A DNA stretch of 64,000 nt from Actinomycetales bacterium (GTDB lineage: Bacteria > Actinomycetota > Actinomycetes > Actinomycetales > CAVURS01): assembly GCA_045807245.1 (NCBI GenBank), contig JBJMHS010000078.1, forward strand, positions 62,001-126,000. Reading direction: 5' to 3'. A program made the translations under genes and the position numbers. Position 1 is the stretch's first letter, and each line of letters opens with the position of its first letter. The notes beneath the pieces are model-generated. The model saw nothing but the letters and a program-made list of their open reading frames with translations. It did no database searches and was not told the DNA's origin. Shown here in pieces: positions 53,786-62,442 of the stretch.

Positions 53786-54680
53786 GAGCACGGAGGCGGT
53801 CTCGGGCCTACCATCGGGGGTTGTTACCGATCGGTACGACGTGCCGGCCGGGACTACCTGGGGAGGACTCCTGACTCGCCAGCGCCGCCGCGCTCCCCGC
53901 ACCGCCGCGTACGCCGCCGCGGTCGCCGGCGGTTCGGGCCTGCCTGCGCGGCTCCGGCCGGCCGCGACCGGGTGGACGGCCGGTGACGTGCGTACCGGCC
54001 TGCGCCTGCTGGCCATGGCCATCGACGCCACTGCGGCGGGTCCGTTGGACGCCGGCGCCGCCGCGGCAGCGGGCGTGGCGGGCGTGGCCGGATCGGGTCC
54101 GCGGGCCAGCGGGCGGCAGGCGTCGCCTGAGCACCTGGCCCGGATCGAGGCGCTGGTCCACCTGGCCCAGCGGGGCGACGCCGAGGCCTTCGGCCAGATC
54201 TACGAGGAGTACGTCGACGTCGTCTACCGGTACGTGTACGTGCGCTGCGGGTCGCACCACCTGGCCGAGGACCTGACCGCGGAGACGTTCGTCCGCGCGT
54301 TGCGCCGGCTCGACTCCTTCACCTGGACCGGCAAGGACATCGCCGCCTGGTTCGTGACCATCGCCCGCAACCTGGTCGTCGACCACGCCAAGTCCTCGCG
54401 TTTCAAGCTCGAGCTCACGACCGGCGAGCTGCTCGACGCCGACGAGGCCGCGGACGCGCCGGAGACCGAGGTGCTGGCCCGGATGCGCGACCGCCGCCTG
54501 CTCGAGGCGGTCCATGACCTCAAGCCCGAACAACAGGAGTGCATCGTGCTGCGCTTCCTGCAGGGCCTCACCCTGGCCGAGACGGCGACGGTCATGGGCC
54601 GCAAGGAGAACGCCGTCAAGCAGCTGCAGCTGCGGGCCGTCCGGGCTCTGCATCGTGCCCTCGACGGGGAACGCCCATGA
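53784..54680 (+). CDS. bldN: ECF sigma factor, sigma-BldN-like (start uncertain: 53841, 53988 or 54015 possible)
   Basis: AQRGDAEAFGQIY..AEDLTAETFVRALRR..TIARNLVVDHAKSSRFKLE..QQECIVLRFLQGL closely resembles Streptomyces BldN; same HAD-sigma-DUF5667 synteny. Confidence 0.85.
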   Translation: MSTEAVSGLPSGVVTDRYDVPAGTTWGGLLTRQRRRAPRTAAYAAAVAGGSGLPARLRPAATGWTAGDVRTGLRLLAMAIDATAAGPLDAGAAAAAGVAGVAGSGPRASGRQASPEHLARIEALVHLAQRGDAEAFGQIYEEYVDVVYRYVYVRCGSHHLAEDLTAETFVRALRRLDSFTWTGKDIAAWFVTIARNLVVDHAKSSRFKLELTTGELLDADEAADAPETEVLARMRDRRLLEAVHDLKPEQQECIVLRFLQGLTLAETATVMGRKENAVKQLQLRAVRALHRALDGERP

Positions 54681-54688
54681 CGGTGAGG

Positions 54689-54716
54689 CGTAACCCTCGG
54701 CGTACCGCGTCGTTCT
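54689..54716 (+). promoter_or_regulatory. Sigma-BldN-type promoter upstream of the anti-sigma gene
   Basis: CGTAAC(54689-94)-N16-CGTTCT(54711-16), compared with the BldN-dependent CGTAAC-N16-CGTTGA. Confidence 0.7.
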
Positions 54717-54762
54717 CACAGTGGGAAGAACGCGGATGGTCGCGACGGCCGAGTGACGGAGG

Positions 54763-56055
54763 GTGGAGCGCGTGCCGCTGACGGTGCTGCCTGGCCGGTC
54801 GCGCCAGGCGGAGCAGCTGCAGCGGGCCCTGGAGGGCCGGCTGCCGCGCCGCCAGCTGACTCCGGCGGTAGGTGGCTACGCCGAGGTGGCCGGCCGACTG
54901 GCCGAGCTGGTCCCGACGACCACGCTGCGGCCGGCGCCGCAGTTCCGCGCCGAGCTGCACGAACGACTGGTCGATCTGGCGGTCACCCGGGCCGCGACGC
55001 TGACGAACGCATCGGACGCTGCCGACCCGGCGGCGGTGGTCGAGCGCCGGCGCCGGCTGGCCGGGCTCCTCGGGTTCGCCTGGCTGGCCTGGTTCACCCG
55101 CGGTTGGCGCCGCACGCTCACGGCCGCCACCGGCGCGCTGCTCGCGCTCAGCGTCGGTGTCGGCTTCGCGTCGGCCAGCGCCGTACCGGGCGGCCTGCTC
55201 TACCCGGTGAAGGAGCTCATCCAGAGCGCCCAGGTGCAGCTGGCGCACGGCGACCTGTCCCGAGGCAAGGTCCTGCTCGACCAGGCCGGTGACCACATCG
55301 GCGATGCCCGGACCCTCGTCTCGCGGGGTTCACCGGCGCCGGCCGACGTCAACACCGCGCTGCGCGCCGCCGCGGGGAACGTCGGGGACGCCCAGCAGAG
55401 GCTGCTGGCCCACTTCGCCAAGACGCAGGACCCGGCCGCTCTCACTGCCTTGGCCCGGTTCGCCACGGACCAGTCGCCGGTCCTGGCCCAGCTGCGCGGC
55501 CGGGTGCCGGTGGTGTCCGAGCCGCTGGTCGACGGCCTGCTCGCCCGGCTGGGCTCGCTGGCCACCGACGTTCGCAGCCTCACGGTCCAGTGCGGCTCGG
55601 CCTGCGGCAGCGTCCCGGTCGACGGCCTGCCCGGACCGGACGGGTTGCCCGGCTCCGCGTCGAGCACCTCGGGCACCGGTACGGCGGGAAGCGGCACCGC
55701 GCTGAGCGGCGCCGCCGGCTCGGGTCTCGGCGGGCTGCTCGGCAGCGGCGGTGGCGGCGTGGGTCCCGGCGGGACGGGGAGCGGGTCCGGCCCGGTGTCG
55801 GCGGGCAGTGGCGGCATCGGCGTCCAGCTGCCCGGGGTCGGAGCGACCGTGCCGGCGCCCGGAGCCAGCGTCGGGTCCGGCGGGGCGAGCGTCAGCGTGC
55901 CGCCGCTCGGCGCGACCGTGGGCCCGATCACGGCGAGCCTGCCGGGCATCGGCGTGACGGTGCCGCCGGTCCTGCCCCACTCCTCGTCGCAGTCGACCGC
56001 GCCCTCGGCGAGCAGCTCGTCGTCGGTGTGTGTGCTCGTGATCTGCGTCGGCTGA
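54763..56055 (+). CDS. rsbN: RsbN-like anti-sigma factor (DUF5667) with a Gly/Ser-rich C-terminus
   Basis: PQFRAELHERL, a TM helix and ASASAVPGGLLYPVKELIQ (DUF5667); directly after the BldN-like sigma; GGAGGG RBS. Confidence 0.72.
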   Translation: MERVPLTVLPGRSRQAEQLQRALEGRLPRRQLTPAVGGYAEVAGRLAELVPTTTLRPAPQFRAELHERLVDLAVTRAATLTNASDAADPAAVVERRRRLAGLLGFAWLAWFTRGWRRTLTAATGALLALSVGVGFASASAVPGGLLYPVKELIQSAQVQLAHGDLSRGKVLLDQAGDHIGDARTLVSRGSPAPADVNTALRAAAGNVGDAQQRLLAHFAKTQDPAALTALARFATDQSPVLAQLRGRVPVVSEPLVDGLLARLGSLATDVRSLTVQCGSACGSVPVDGLPGPDGLPGSASSTSGTGTAGSGTALSGAAGSGLGGLLGSGGGGVGPGGTGSGSGPVSAGSGGIGVQLPGVGATVPAPGASVGSGGASVSVPPLGATVGPITASLPGIGVTVPPVLPHSSSQSTAPSASSSSSVCVLVICVG

Positions 56056-56103
56056 GGCGCGCGCGACCGCACGGCACGCAGGTCGGCGGACGAGCCCGAG
56101 GGG

Positions 56104-57126
56104 CTAGAAGAAGATCGAGCGCCGCTGCATCAGCAGCGAGTACAACGTCTGCTGGATCGTCTCCCGGACCTGGTCCGTGAGGTCGAACACCAGCATCGGG
56201 TCGTCCGCGGCGGCGCGACCGTGGTGTGCGGTCTCCACCGGCGCGCCGAACTCGATGATCCACTTGCTGGGCAACGGCACCAACCCGAGCGGCCCGAGCC
56301 ACGGGAACGTCGGGGTGACCGGCACGTACGGCACGCCGAGCAGCCGGGCGAGCGGCTTCAGATCTCCGAGGATCGGGTAGATCTCCTCGGCCCCCACGAT
56401 CGAGCACGGGATGATCGGCACGCCGGTGCGCAGGGCAGCGGACACGAAGCCACCCCGGCCGAAGCGCTGCAGCTTGTACCGCTCGGAGAACGGCTTGCCG
56501 ATGCCCTTGAAACCCTCGGGCCAGACACCCACCAGCTCGCCGCTCGACAGCAGTCGCTCGGCGTCGGCGTTCGTGGCCAAGGTTGAACCACCCTTGCGTG
56601 CGAGCTCACCGACGACGGGCGTCTGGAAGACCACATCCGCCCCGAGCATCCGCAGGTGGCGGTGGGCGGGGTGCTCGTCGTGCACAGCGACCTGGGTCAT
56701 CAGGCTGTCGACCGCCACCGTGCCCGAGTGGTTGGCCACGACCAGCGCGCCGCTGTCGGCCGGGATGTTGTCGATGCCGCGGACCTCGACCCGGAACCAC
56801 TTCCGGTACAGCGGCCGCAGGGCCGGCAGGAGGACGTGCTCCGACAGGTCCTCGTCGTAGCCGAACTCGTCGACCGTGTAGTCGCCTTCGAGCCGGCGCC
56901 GGAGGAACGCCGTCAGCCCGGCCAGCTTGCGCTCCAGCTCGGTGGGCACCCGCTCCTGGCCGGTCCCGTCGCCGGCCTCAGCCACGGGCGACTCGACCCC
57001 CCGTAGCTCCCGCGGTCCCGGCCGGCCGGGCTGTCCGGGCCGGCCCGGCTGCCCGGGCTGGTCCGGCTCGCTCGGGTCCTGGTCCCGGCGGCGCCCACCG
57101 TCGATCGGGATCACGCGGCCCGCCAT
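56104..57126 (-). CDS. Lysophospholipid/glycerol acyltransferase family protein
   Basis: VDEFGYD, VVANHSG..D, VWPEG and FGRGGFV. Confidence 0.9.
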   Translation of the reverse strand: MAGRVIPIDGGRRRDQDPSEPDQPGQPGRPGQPGRPGPRELRGVESPVAEAGDGTGQERVPTELERKLAGLTAFLRRRLEGDYTVDEFGYDEDLSEHVLLPALRPLYRKWFRVEVRGIDNIPADSGALVVANHSGTVAVDSLMTQVAVHDEHPAHRHLRMLGADVVFQTPVVGELARKGGSTLATNADAERLLSSGELVGVWPEGFKGIGKPFSERYKLQRFGRGGFVSAALRTGVPIIPCSIVGAEEIYPILGDLKPLARLLGVPYVPVTPTFPWLGPLGLVPLPSKWIIEFGAPVETAHHGRAAADDPMLVFDLTDQVRETIQQTLYSLLMQRRSIFF

Positions 57127-58115
57127 CAGTGCGCCCCCACCAGGGTGCGTACGCCGGGCAGCCCGGTGCCGCGATGCAGCCGCGCGAAGTCCTGGAACGC
57201 CTCCCGGGTCGTGTACTTCGGGTCCAGCCCGAGCACCGATCGCATCCGGATCGTGTCGAGCCCCCGGCCGTAGGCCAGGAACATCATCTGGTCCGGAGAG
57301 AAGTCGGCCAGGCCGGACCGCCGGATCAGCTGGCCGATCCAGCCGCTCGAGGTGAGTGGCACCGGCAGGGTCGGGCGGCCGATCAGGCGCACCGCCTGCT
57401 TGGTCGTGATGACGCCGTCGCCGGCGATGTTGACGACACCCACCGGCGGGCCGAGCGTCGCCAGGCGCATCGCCTCGACGGCGTCCTCCTCGTGCACGAA
57501 CTGCAGGCGGGCGTCGTACCCGAACAGCACCGGCACCACCGGCAGGGTGAAGTAGTCGGTCAGCGCCGTGCGGATGCCCGGTCCGATGATGTTGGCGAAC
57601 CGCAACGTCGAGACCTCGACGTCCGGACGCCGGCGGGAGAAGCCGCGGACGTAGCCCTCAACCTCCACCGAGTCCTTGCCGAAACCGCTGCGCGGCATGG
57701 CTTTTGGCCCTGTGTCCTCGGTGAACATGGCCGGGTCGCGCGGCGAGGTGCCGTAGACCGCGGACGAGGACTTCACGACCAGGCGCTTGAGAGTGGGAGC
57801 CTTCTGGCAGGCGGCGAGCAGCTGCATCGTCCCGATGACGTTGATCTCCTTCTGGGAGACCCGCCCGCCGGCCGACAGCGGCGTCGCGATGACGTTCATG
57901 TGGACCACGGTGTCGACCCCCGTGTCCGCGATCACCCGGGCGATGACCGGGTTGCGGATGTCGGCCCGCACGAACTGGGCACCGCCGATGTCGTGCGGGG
58001 GCGGGACGACGTCGACGCCGATGACTCGGGGGGCGTCGGGCTCGTGGCTCAGGGCCCGGGCGAACCGGCCGCCGAGATACCGCGACACTCCGGTCACGAG
58101 AACGACGCGGCTCAT
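57126..58115 (-). CDS. NAD-dependent epimerase/dehydratase family protein
   Basis: VLVTGVSRYLG, EINVIGTMQLLAAC, KSSSAVYG and LQFVHEED. Confidence 0.9.
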   Translation of the reverse strand: MSRVVLVTGVSRYLGGRFARALSHEPDAPRVIGVDVVPPPHDIGGAQFVRADIRNPVIARVIADTGVDTVVHMNVIATPLSAGGRVSQKEINVIGTMQLLAACQKAPTLKRLVVKSSSAVYGTSPRDPAMFTEDTGPKAMPRSGFGKDSVEVEGYVRGFSRRRPDVEVSTLRFANIIGPGIRTALTDYFTLPVVPVLFGYDARLQFVHEEDAVEAMRLATLGPPVGVVNIAGDGVITTKQAVRLIGRPTLPVPLTSSGWIGQLIRRSGLADFSPDQMMFLAYGRGLDTIRMRSVLGLDPKYTTREAFQDFARLHRGTGLPGVRTLVGAH

Positions 58116-58149
58116 GGGTTCACGACCTTTGTGAGCTAGCGGGCTCGGC

Positions 58150-58248
58150 TCACTTCTTGTTGCGACGCTGGTGACGCGTCTTGCGCAGCAGCTTGCGGTG
58201 CTTCTTCTTCGCCATCCGCTTGCGGCGCTTCTTGATTACCGAGCCCAC
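58150..58248 (-). CDS. 30S ribosomal protein bS22 (AURKAIP1/COX24-domain), 32 aa
   Basis: Translated by hand as MGSVIKKRRKRMAKKKHRKLLRKTRHQRRNKK; GAGGA RBS; below the ORF-track length cutoff. Confidence 0.95.
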   Translation of the reverse strand: MGSVIKKRRKRMAKKKHRKLLRKTRHQRRNKK

Positions 58249-58370
58249 GAATCCTCGCACTCACGTTGGTTGGGGACGCTGGCCTAGCAGCCTACCGTCC
58301 ACCTGGGAGTGCTCTGGCCGCGCTGCTGACCACAGAGCGTCAAGGCGGCCTCGGGGGACCTCGGAGACAG

Positions 58371-58571
58371 TCAGGCGGTGTCGACGTAGGACGTCTTGAG
58401 GTAGTCGTGCACCGCCTGCTCCGGCACCCGGAACGAGCGGCCGACCCGTACGGCGGGCAGCTCACCGGAGTGGACCAGCCGGTAGACGGTCATCTTGGAC
58501 ACGCGCATGATCGCTGCCACCTCGGCGACGGTCAGGAACCGCACCTCGGCAAGCTGACGCTCAGTAGCCAT
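58371..58571 (-). CDS. Small excisionase-family HTH DNA-binding protein (BdtA/Rv0500A-like)
   Basis: FLTVAEVAAIMRVSKMTVYRLVHSGELPAVRVGRSFRVP; ATG at 58571 with an AAAGGA RBS. Confidence 0.92.
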   Translation of the reverse strand: MATERQLAEVRFLTVAEVAAIMRVSKMTVYRLVHSGELPAVRVGRSFRVPEQAVHDYLKTSYVDTA

Positions 58572-58745
58572 GCTGCACCGATCCTTTGCGCACGCGCCGT
58601 AGCGCCGGCTTCCCCACCGGCGACCGTCCACGTCCGTGCGAACGCTCACGATAGGGGCAGGTGAGGCGCGTGGGGAAGGGGTTGACCGGAGTGTGACCTG
58701 GTCGGCCCACATCCTCCTGTGGATAACCGGGACTGCGCCCGGCGG

Positions 58746-59957
58746 TCAGTCGAACCACGGGTCCAGCCCGTGCAACGGGAAGACGGCCTGGCGGGTGGCC
58801 AGGATGGCCCGGTCCACCGGGTCGCCCGGGTCGACGCCGGCGGCCCAGCTGCGCCATACCGCCGTCGGCGCGGCGCCGGGTCGGTCACTCATCGTGACCG
58901 GCGCCGGCCGGTCGTACGTCGCTTCGACGTGCTCCCGCCAGGCGGCCGGCACCGGGGTCGCCGGGTCGACCGGTGCATGCGCCGCGATGCCGACCAGGTG
59001 GGTCCACGTGCGCGGTACGACCTCGACGACGGCGTAGCCGCCGCCACCCAGCGCCACCCATCGCCCGTCGCAGACGTCGTGGCTGAGCTCGTGGACCAGC
59101 TCGGCCGCCGCCCGCTGGCCGTCCACCGAGACCTGCAGGTGAGCCAGCGGGTCCAGCGCGTGCGTGTCGCAGCCGTGCTGGCTCACGATCACGTCGGGCC
59201 GGAACTGGCGGACCAAGGGCGGCACGACGGCGTGCACGGCGCGCAGCCACTGCTGGTCACCCACGCCCGGCGGCAGGGCGACGTTCACCGCCGTACCCTC
59301 GGCGCCCGCCCCACCGATCTCATCCGGGAAGCCGGTGCCCGGGAACAGCATCCGGCCGCTCTCGTGCAGCGAGATGGTGAGCACGCGCGGCTCGCCCCAG
59401 AAGATCTCCTGCACACCGTCCCCGTGGTGGACGTCCACGTCCACGTAGGCCACCCGCTCGGCGCCGTTGTCGAGCAGCCAGCGGATCGCGACCGCGATGT
59501 CGTTGTACACGCAGAAGCCGCAGGCCCGCTCGGCCATCGCGTGGTGCAGCCCGCCGCTGAAGTTCACGCCGTGCTCGGCGGCACCGCGCCAGACTGCTTG
59601 GGCGACGTCCAGGCTGCCCCCGACGACGCGGGCGCTCGCCTCGTGCATGCCGGCGAACGCCGGGTCGTCCTCCGTGCCCAGCCCGCGCACCGAGTCGGCC
59701 GCCGCCGGGTCCGCCGAGGCGGCCTTGACCGCATCGATGTAGTCCTGGTCGTGGACGGTCAGGAGCACCTTGTCGCCGACCGGCTGAGGCGACACGATCT
59801 GCACCTGCGGGAGGTCGAACAGGCCGAGCTCACGGCACAGCCTGGAGGTCAGGTCCAGGCGGACCGGCGACATCGGATGGGCCGGCCCGAAGTCGTAGGC
59901 CGTCAGGGCCGGATCCCAGGCCACCCGGGCCTGGACGGGCGGCGATGCGGCAGCCAT
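58746..59957 (-). CDS. acuC: Acetoin utilization protein AcuC / histone-deacetylase family
   Basis: HPMSPVRL, GGLHHA, GFCVYND, YVDVDVHHGDG, FPGTG and GGGGY. Confidence 0.92.
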   Translation of the reverse strand: MAAASPPVQARVAWDPALTAYDFGPAHPMSPVRLDLTSRLCRELGLFDLPQVQIVSPQPVGDKVLLTVHDQDYIDAVKAASADPAAADSVRGLGTEDDPAFAGMHEASARVVGGSLDVAQAVWRGAAEHGVNFSGGLHHAMAERACGFCVYNDIAVAIRWLLDNGAERVAYVDVDVHHGDGVQEIFWGEPRVLTISLHESGRMLFPGTGFPDEIGGAGAEGTAVNVALPPGVGDQQWLRAVHAVVPPLVRQFRPDVIVSQHGCDTHALDPLAHLQVSVDGQRAAAELVHELSHDVCDGRWVALGGGGYAVVEVVPRTWTHLVGIAAHAPVDPATPVPAAWREHVEATYDRPAPVTMSDRPGAAPTAVWRSWAAGVDPGDPVDRAILATRQAVFPLHGLDPWFD

Positions 59958-60017
59958 GCCAGCCAGTGTCTCTCGACCGGCGGTCGACTGCCGACTCAGG
60001 GCTGGCTGAGTGCGGGC

Positions 60018-60581
60018 TCAGTGCGCGCGGGAGTTCGGCACGGCACCAGGGTCGTCGCGGACGGGCAGCACCATGGCCATCTCGGTGAGCGTCTCGTCCG
60101 TGCGCATCGGGCGACGCGCGTCCGAGGGCCGGAAGCCGTAGCTGCTGAAGAACGCGACCGCCCGCCCGTTGTCCACGGCGACCCAGAGCATGAGGTGTGA
60201 GTGGTCGCTGCGGTGCGCCTCCGTGGCCGCCGCCTCGACCAGCCGCCAGGCGACACCCGAACCGCGCGAGGCCGGTGGGACCCACATGCCGAAGATCTCG
60301 GCGACGTGCTCCCCGGCGAGCCCGTCGATCTCGGTGTCACCGTCGCCGAGGACCGGCTTGGCGTCTCCGACGGAGGCGACGCCGACCGCTTCACCGTCGC
60401 GTTCGGCGAGCAGCCGCGTGCTGCGGCGCATCCGGATCCGCCAGAAGTCCTCGTCGAGCTCGTCCTCCTCCGCGAACGTGCTCACGAAGGCGGCGGGAGA
60501 CTCACGCAACGCGGCCAGCCGGATCCGACGGTACGTCGGCCAGTCCTCCTCGCCCAGGACCCGCACGGTCACGTCGCTCAT
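60018..60581 (-). CDS. GNAT family N-acetyltransferase
   Basis: RIRLAALRESPAAF, MWVPPASRGSGVA and NGRAVAFFSSYGF. Confidence 0.88.
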   Translation of the reverse strand: MSDVTVRVLGEEDWPTYRRIRLAALRESPAAFVSTFAEEDELDEDFWRIRMRRSTRLLAERDGEAVGVASVGDAKPVLGDGDTEIDGLAGEHVAEIFGMWVPPASRGSGVAWRLVEAAATEAHRSDHSHLMLWVAVDNGRAVAFFSSYGFRPSDARRPMRTDETLTEMAMVLPVRDDPGAVPNSRAH

Positions 60582-60606
60582 GGGCTCAGCCTTCCAGACC
60601 GGGCGG

Positions 60607-60640
60607 ACACCGGACCCCGCAGGGGATGTGCGTCCGGTGT
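60607..60640 (-). terminator. 9-bp inverted repeat between proC and the GNAT gene
   Basis: ACACCGGAC pairs with GTCCGGTGT. Confidence 0.35.
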
Positions 60641-60665
60641 GAAGATCCTGATGGCGCCGGTCGGG

Positions 60666-61472
60666 TCAGGTCTGGCCCGAGGCGAGCTCACGGCTGCGGT
60701 CCCGCGCTGCCTCCATCGCGGTGAGGAAAGCCGCTCGCACCTTGTGGTCGTCGAGCTGGCGCAGCGCCGCCATCGTCGTACCGGCTGGGCTCGAAACCTG
60801 TTCGCGCAGAACGGTCGGGTGCTCGCCGGTCTCGCGCAGCATCGTGGCCGCGCCGTACAGCGTCTGTACGACCAGCTCGGTCGACGTCGCCCGCGGGAGA
60901 CCGAGCAGGACCCCGGCCTCGATCATCGCCTCGACGACGTAGAAGATGTACGCCGGTCCGCTGCCCGAGATCGCTGTGACCGCGTCCTGGTAGTTCTCCG
61001 GGACGCGGACCACCTTGCCGCAGGAGCGGAGCAGGTCGTCCGCCTCGGTGAGGTGCGCGTCGTCGCAGTGGGAGCCGGCGCTGATCGCGGCCATGCCCTC
61101 GTCGACGAGCGCGGGCGTGTTCGGCATGACCCGGACGACGGGTGTGCCGGTAGGCAGCCGGGACTGCAGGAAGTCGGTGGTGATGCCCGCGGCCAGCGAC
61201 ACGACCAGCGTGCCCGGCCGCAGATGCTCGGCGACCTCCTCCAGCACGGCCGCCATGTCCTGCGGCTTCACGACCAGGACCAGGGTGTCGGCCTGAGCCG
61301 CCGCCTCGTGGTTCTGCACCACCCTGACGTCGTACTTGCCGGACAGCTCGGCGGCGCGGTCGGTGCGCCGTTCGGCGACGAGCAGCTCGCCGGCCGGCCG
61401 GCCCGAGCGGAGCAGCCCGGACAGCAGCGTCTCCCCCATCACGCCGGCGCCGATGATCGCGACCGTGCCCAT
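60666..61472 (-). CDS. proC: Pyrroline-5-carboxylate reductase
   Basis: IIGAGVMG, VVKPQD, RVMPNTP, TAISGSGPAY and VSSPAGTT; ATG at 61472. Confidence 0.96.
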   Translation of the reverse strand: MGTVAIIGAGVMGETLLSGLLRSGRPAGELLVAERRTDRAAELSGKYDVRVVQNHEAAAQADTLVLVVKPQDMAAVLEEVAEHLRPGTLVVSLAAGITTDFLQSRLPTGTPVVRVMPNTPALVDEGMAAISAGSHCDDAHLTEADDLLRSCGKVVRVPENYQDAVTAISGSGPAYIFYVVEAMIEAGVLLGLPRATSTELVVQTLYGAATMLRETGEHPTVLREQVSSPAGTTMAALRQLDDHKVRAAFLTAMEAARDRSRELASGQT

Positions 61473-61474
61473 GG

Positions 61475-62410
61475 CTATCCCTTCGTGACCAGCGAGCGGA
61501 GGAAGAATGCCGTGTTCGCCGGCCGTTCGGCCATCCGCCGCATCAGGTAGCCGTACCACTGGTCGCCGTACGGCACGTAGACCCGCATCTTCTCCCCCCG
61601 GGCAGCCAGGCGTCGCTGCTCGTCGGGCCGGATGCCGTACAGCATCTGGAACTCGTAGCTGCCCTGCGCGCGCTTCGTCCGCGTCACCAAGGCCGCCGCG
61701 ATGTCGATGAGCGTGGGGTGGTGGGTCGCGACCATGGGATACCCGGAGCCCTCCATCAGGACCTTCAGGCAGCGCACGTACGACGCGTCCACTTCCCGGT
61801 TCGACTGGTAGGCAACGGATTCCGGCTCATCGTAGGCCCCCTTGCACAACCGGACGCGCGACCCCTCGGCCGCCAGGTCGCGGCAGTCCGCCTCGGTCCG
61901 CCGGAGGTAGGCCTGGACGACTGCACCGACCCACGGGAAGTCGGCGCGCAGGTCATGCAGGATCGACAGAGTCGAGTCCGTCGTCGTGTGGTCCTCCATG
62001 TCCAGGGTGACCGTGGTGCCGGCCTGGACCGCCGCCGCACAGATCTCCCGAGCGTGGTCGAGGGCGACCCGCTCGCCGTCGCCGGGGAGCGCCTGGCCGA
62101 CCGCGGAGAGCTTCACCGAGACCTCGGCCTTGCCCTCCTCGGTGAGCCCCGCGGCCTGGAGCTGGCTCAGCAGCGACAGGTACGCGTCGCGCGTCGCCTG
62201 CGCCTGACGCAGGTCCAGCGTGTCCTCGCCGAGGTGGTCGAGCGTGACCAACCGCCCGCTTCCCACGAGCTCTCCGGCGGCGCGGACGCCGTCCTCGGTC
62301 GCTGCACCGGCGACATACCGGGCGACCACGCTACGGCTGACCGGTGCGGTCTCGACCAGGTGACGCACGCGCTCGCTCTTGGACATCTGGAGCAGGGCCT
62401 GGCGCAGCAC
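61475..62410 (-). CDS. Monofunctional proline dehydrogenase
   Basis: RYVAG, LDHLGE, SVKLS, LDMED, RLCKGAY, FQMLYGIR and YVPYG..YLMRRMAERPAN. Confidence 0.94.
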   Translation of the reverse strand: MLRQALLQMSKSERVRHLVETAPVSRSVVARYVAGAATEDGVRAAGELVGSGRLVTLDHLGEDTLDLRQAQATRDAYLSLLSQLQAAGLTEEGKAEVSVKLSAVGQALPGDGERVALDHAREICAAAVQAGTTVTLDMEDHTTTDSTLSILHDLRADFPWVGAVVQAYLRRTEADCRDLAAEGSRVRLCKGAYDEPESVAYQSNREVDASYVRCLKVLMEGSGYPMVATHHPTLIDIAAALVTRTKRAQGSYEFQMLYGIRPDEQRRLAARGEKMRVYVPYGDQWYGYLMRRMAERPANTAFFLRSLVTKG

Positions 62411-62440
62411 CGGGCCAGGCTATTGCCCGGCCCGGTGCTG
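62405..62440. repeat. Inverted repeat covering the proline dehydrogenase -10 element and start codon
   Basis: CAGCACCGGGCC(62405-16) pairs with GGCCCGGTGCTG(62429-40), plus an inner GGC/GCC pair. Confidence 0.65.
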
Positions 62441-62442
62441 TC

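Noticed and set aside
53823..53837. GTTACCGATCGGTAC as a BldD box upstream of the BldN-like sigma
   Set aside because: The right half-site deviates from GTNAC-N5-GTNAC and the TSS is unknown; too weak to call without a PWM or binding data
54677..54781. 34-aa ORF starting at the sigma stop (ATGA) as a third bridge ORF
   Set aside because: Its stop overshoots the anti-sigma start by 19 nt, and the anti-sigma has its own promoter and SD
57015..57066. QPG/RPG repeats in the acyltransferase N-terminus
   Set aside because: Short degenerate low-complexity linker, common in high-GC genes
58371..58571. Excisionase-like HTH as a sign of a prophage or ICE
   Set aside because: No integrase, att site or tRNA nearby; the gene sits in the conserved actinobacterial HTH-bS22-epimerase context
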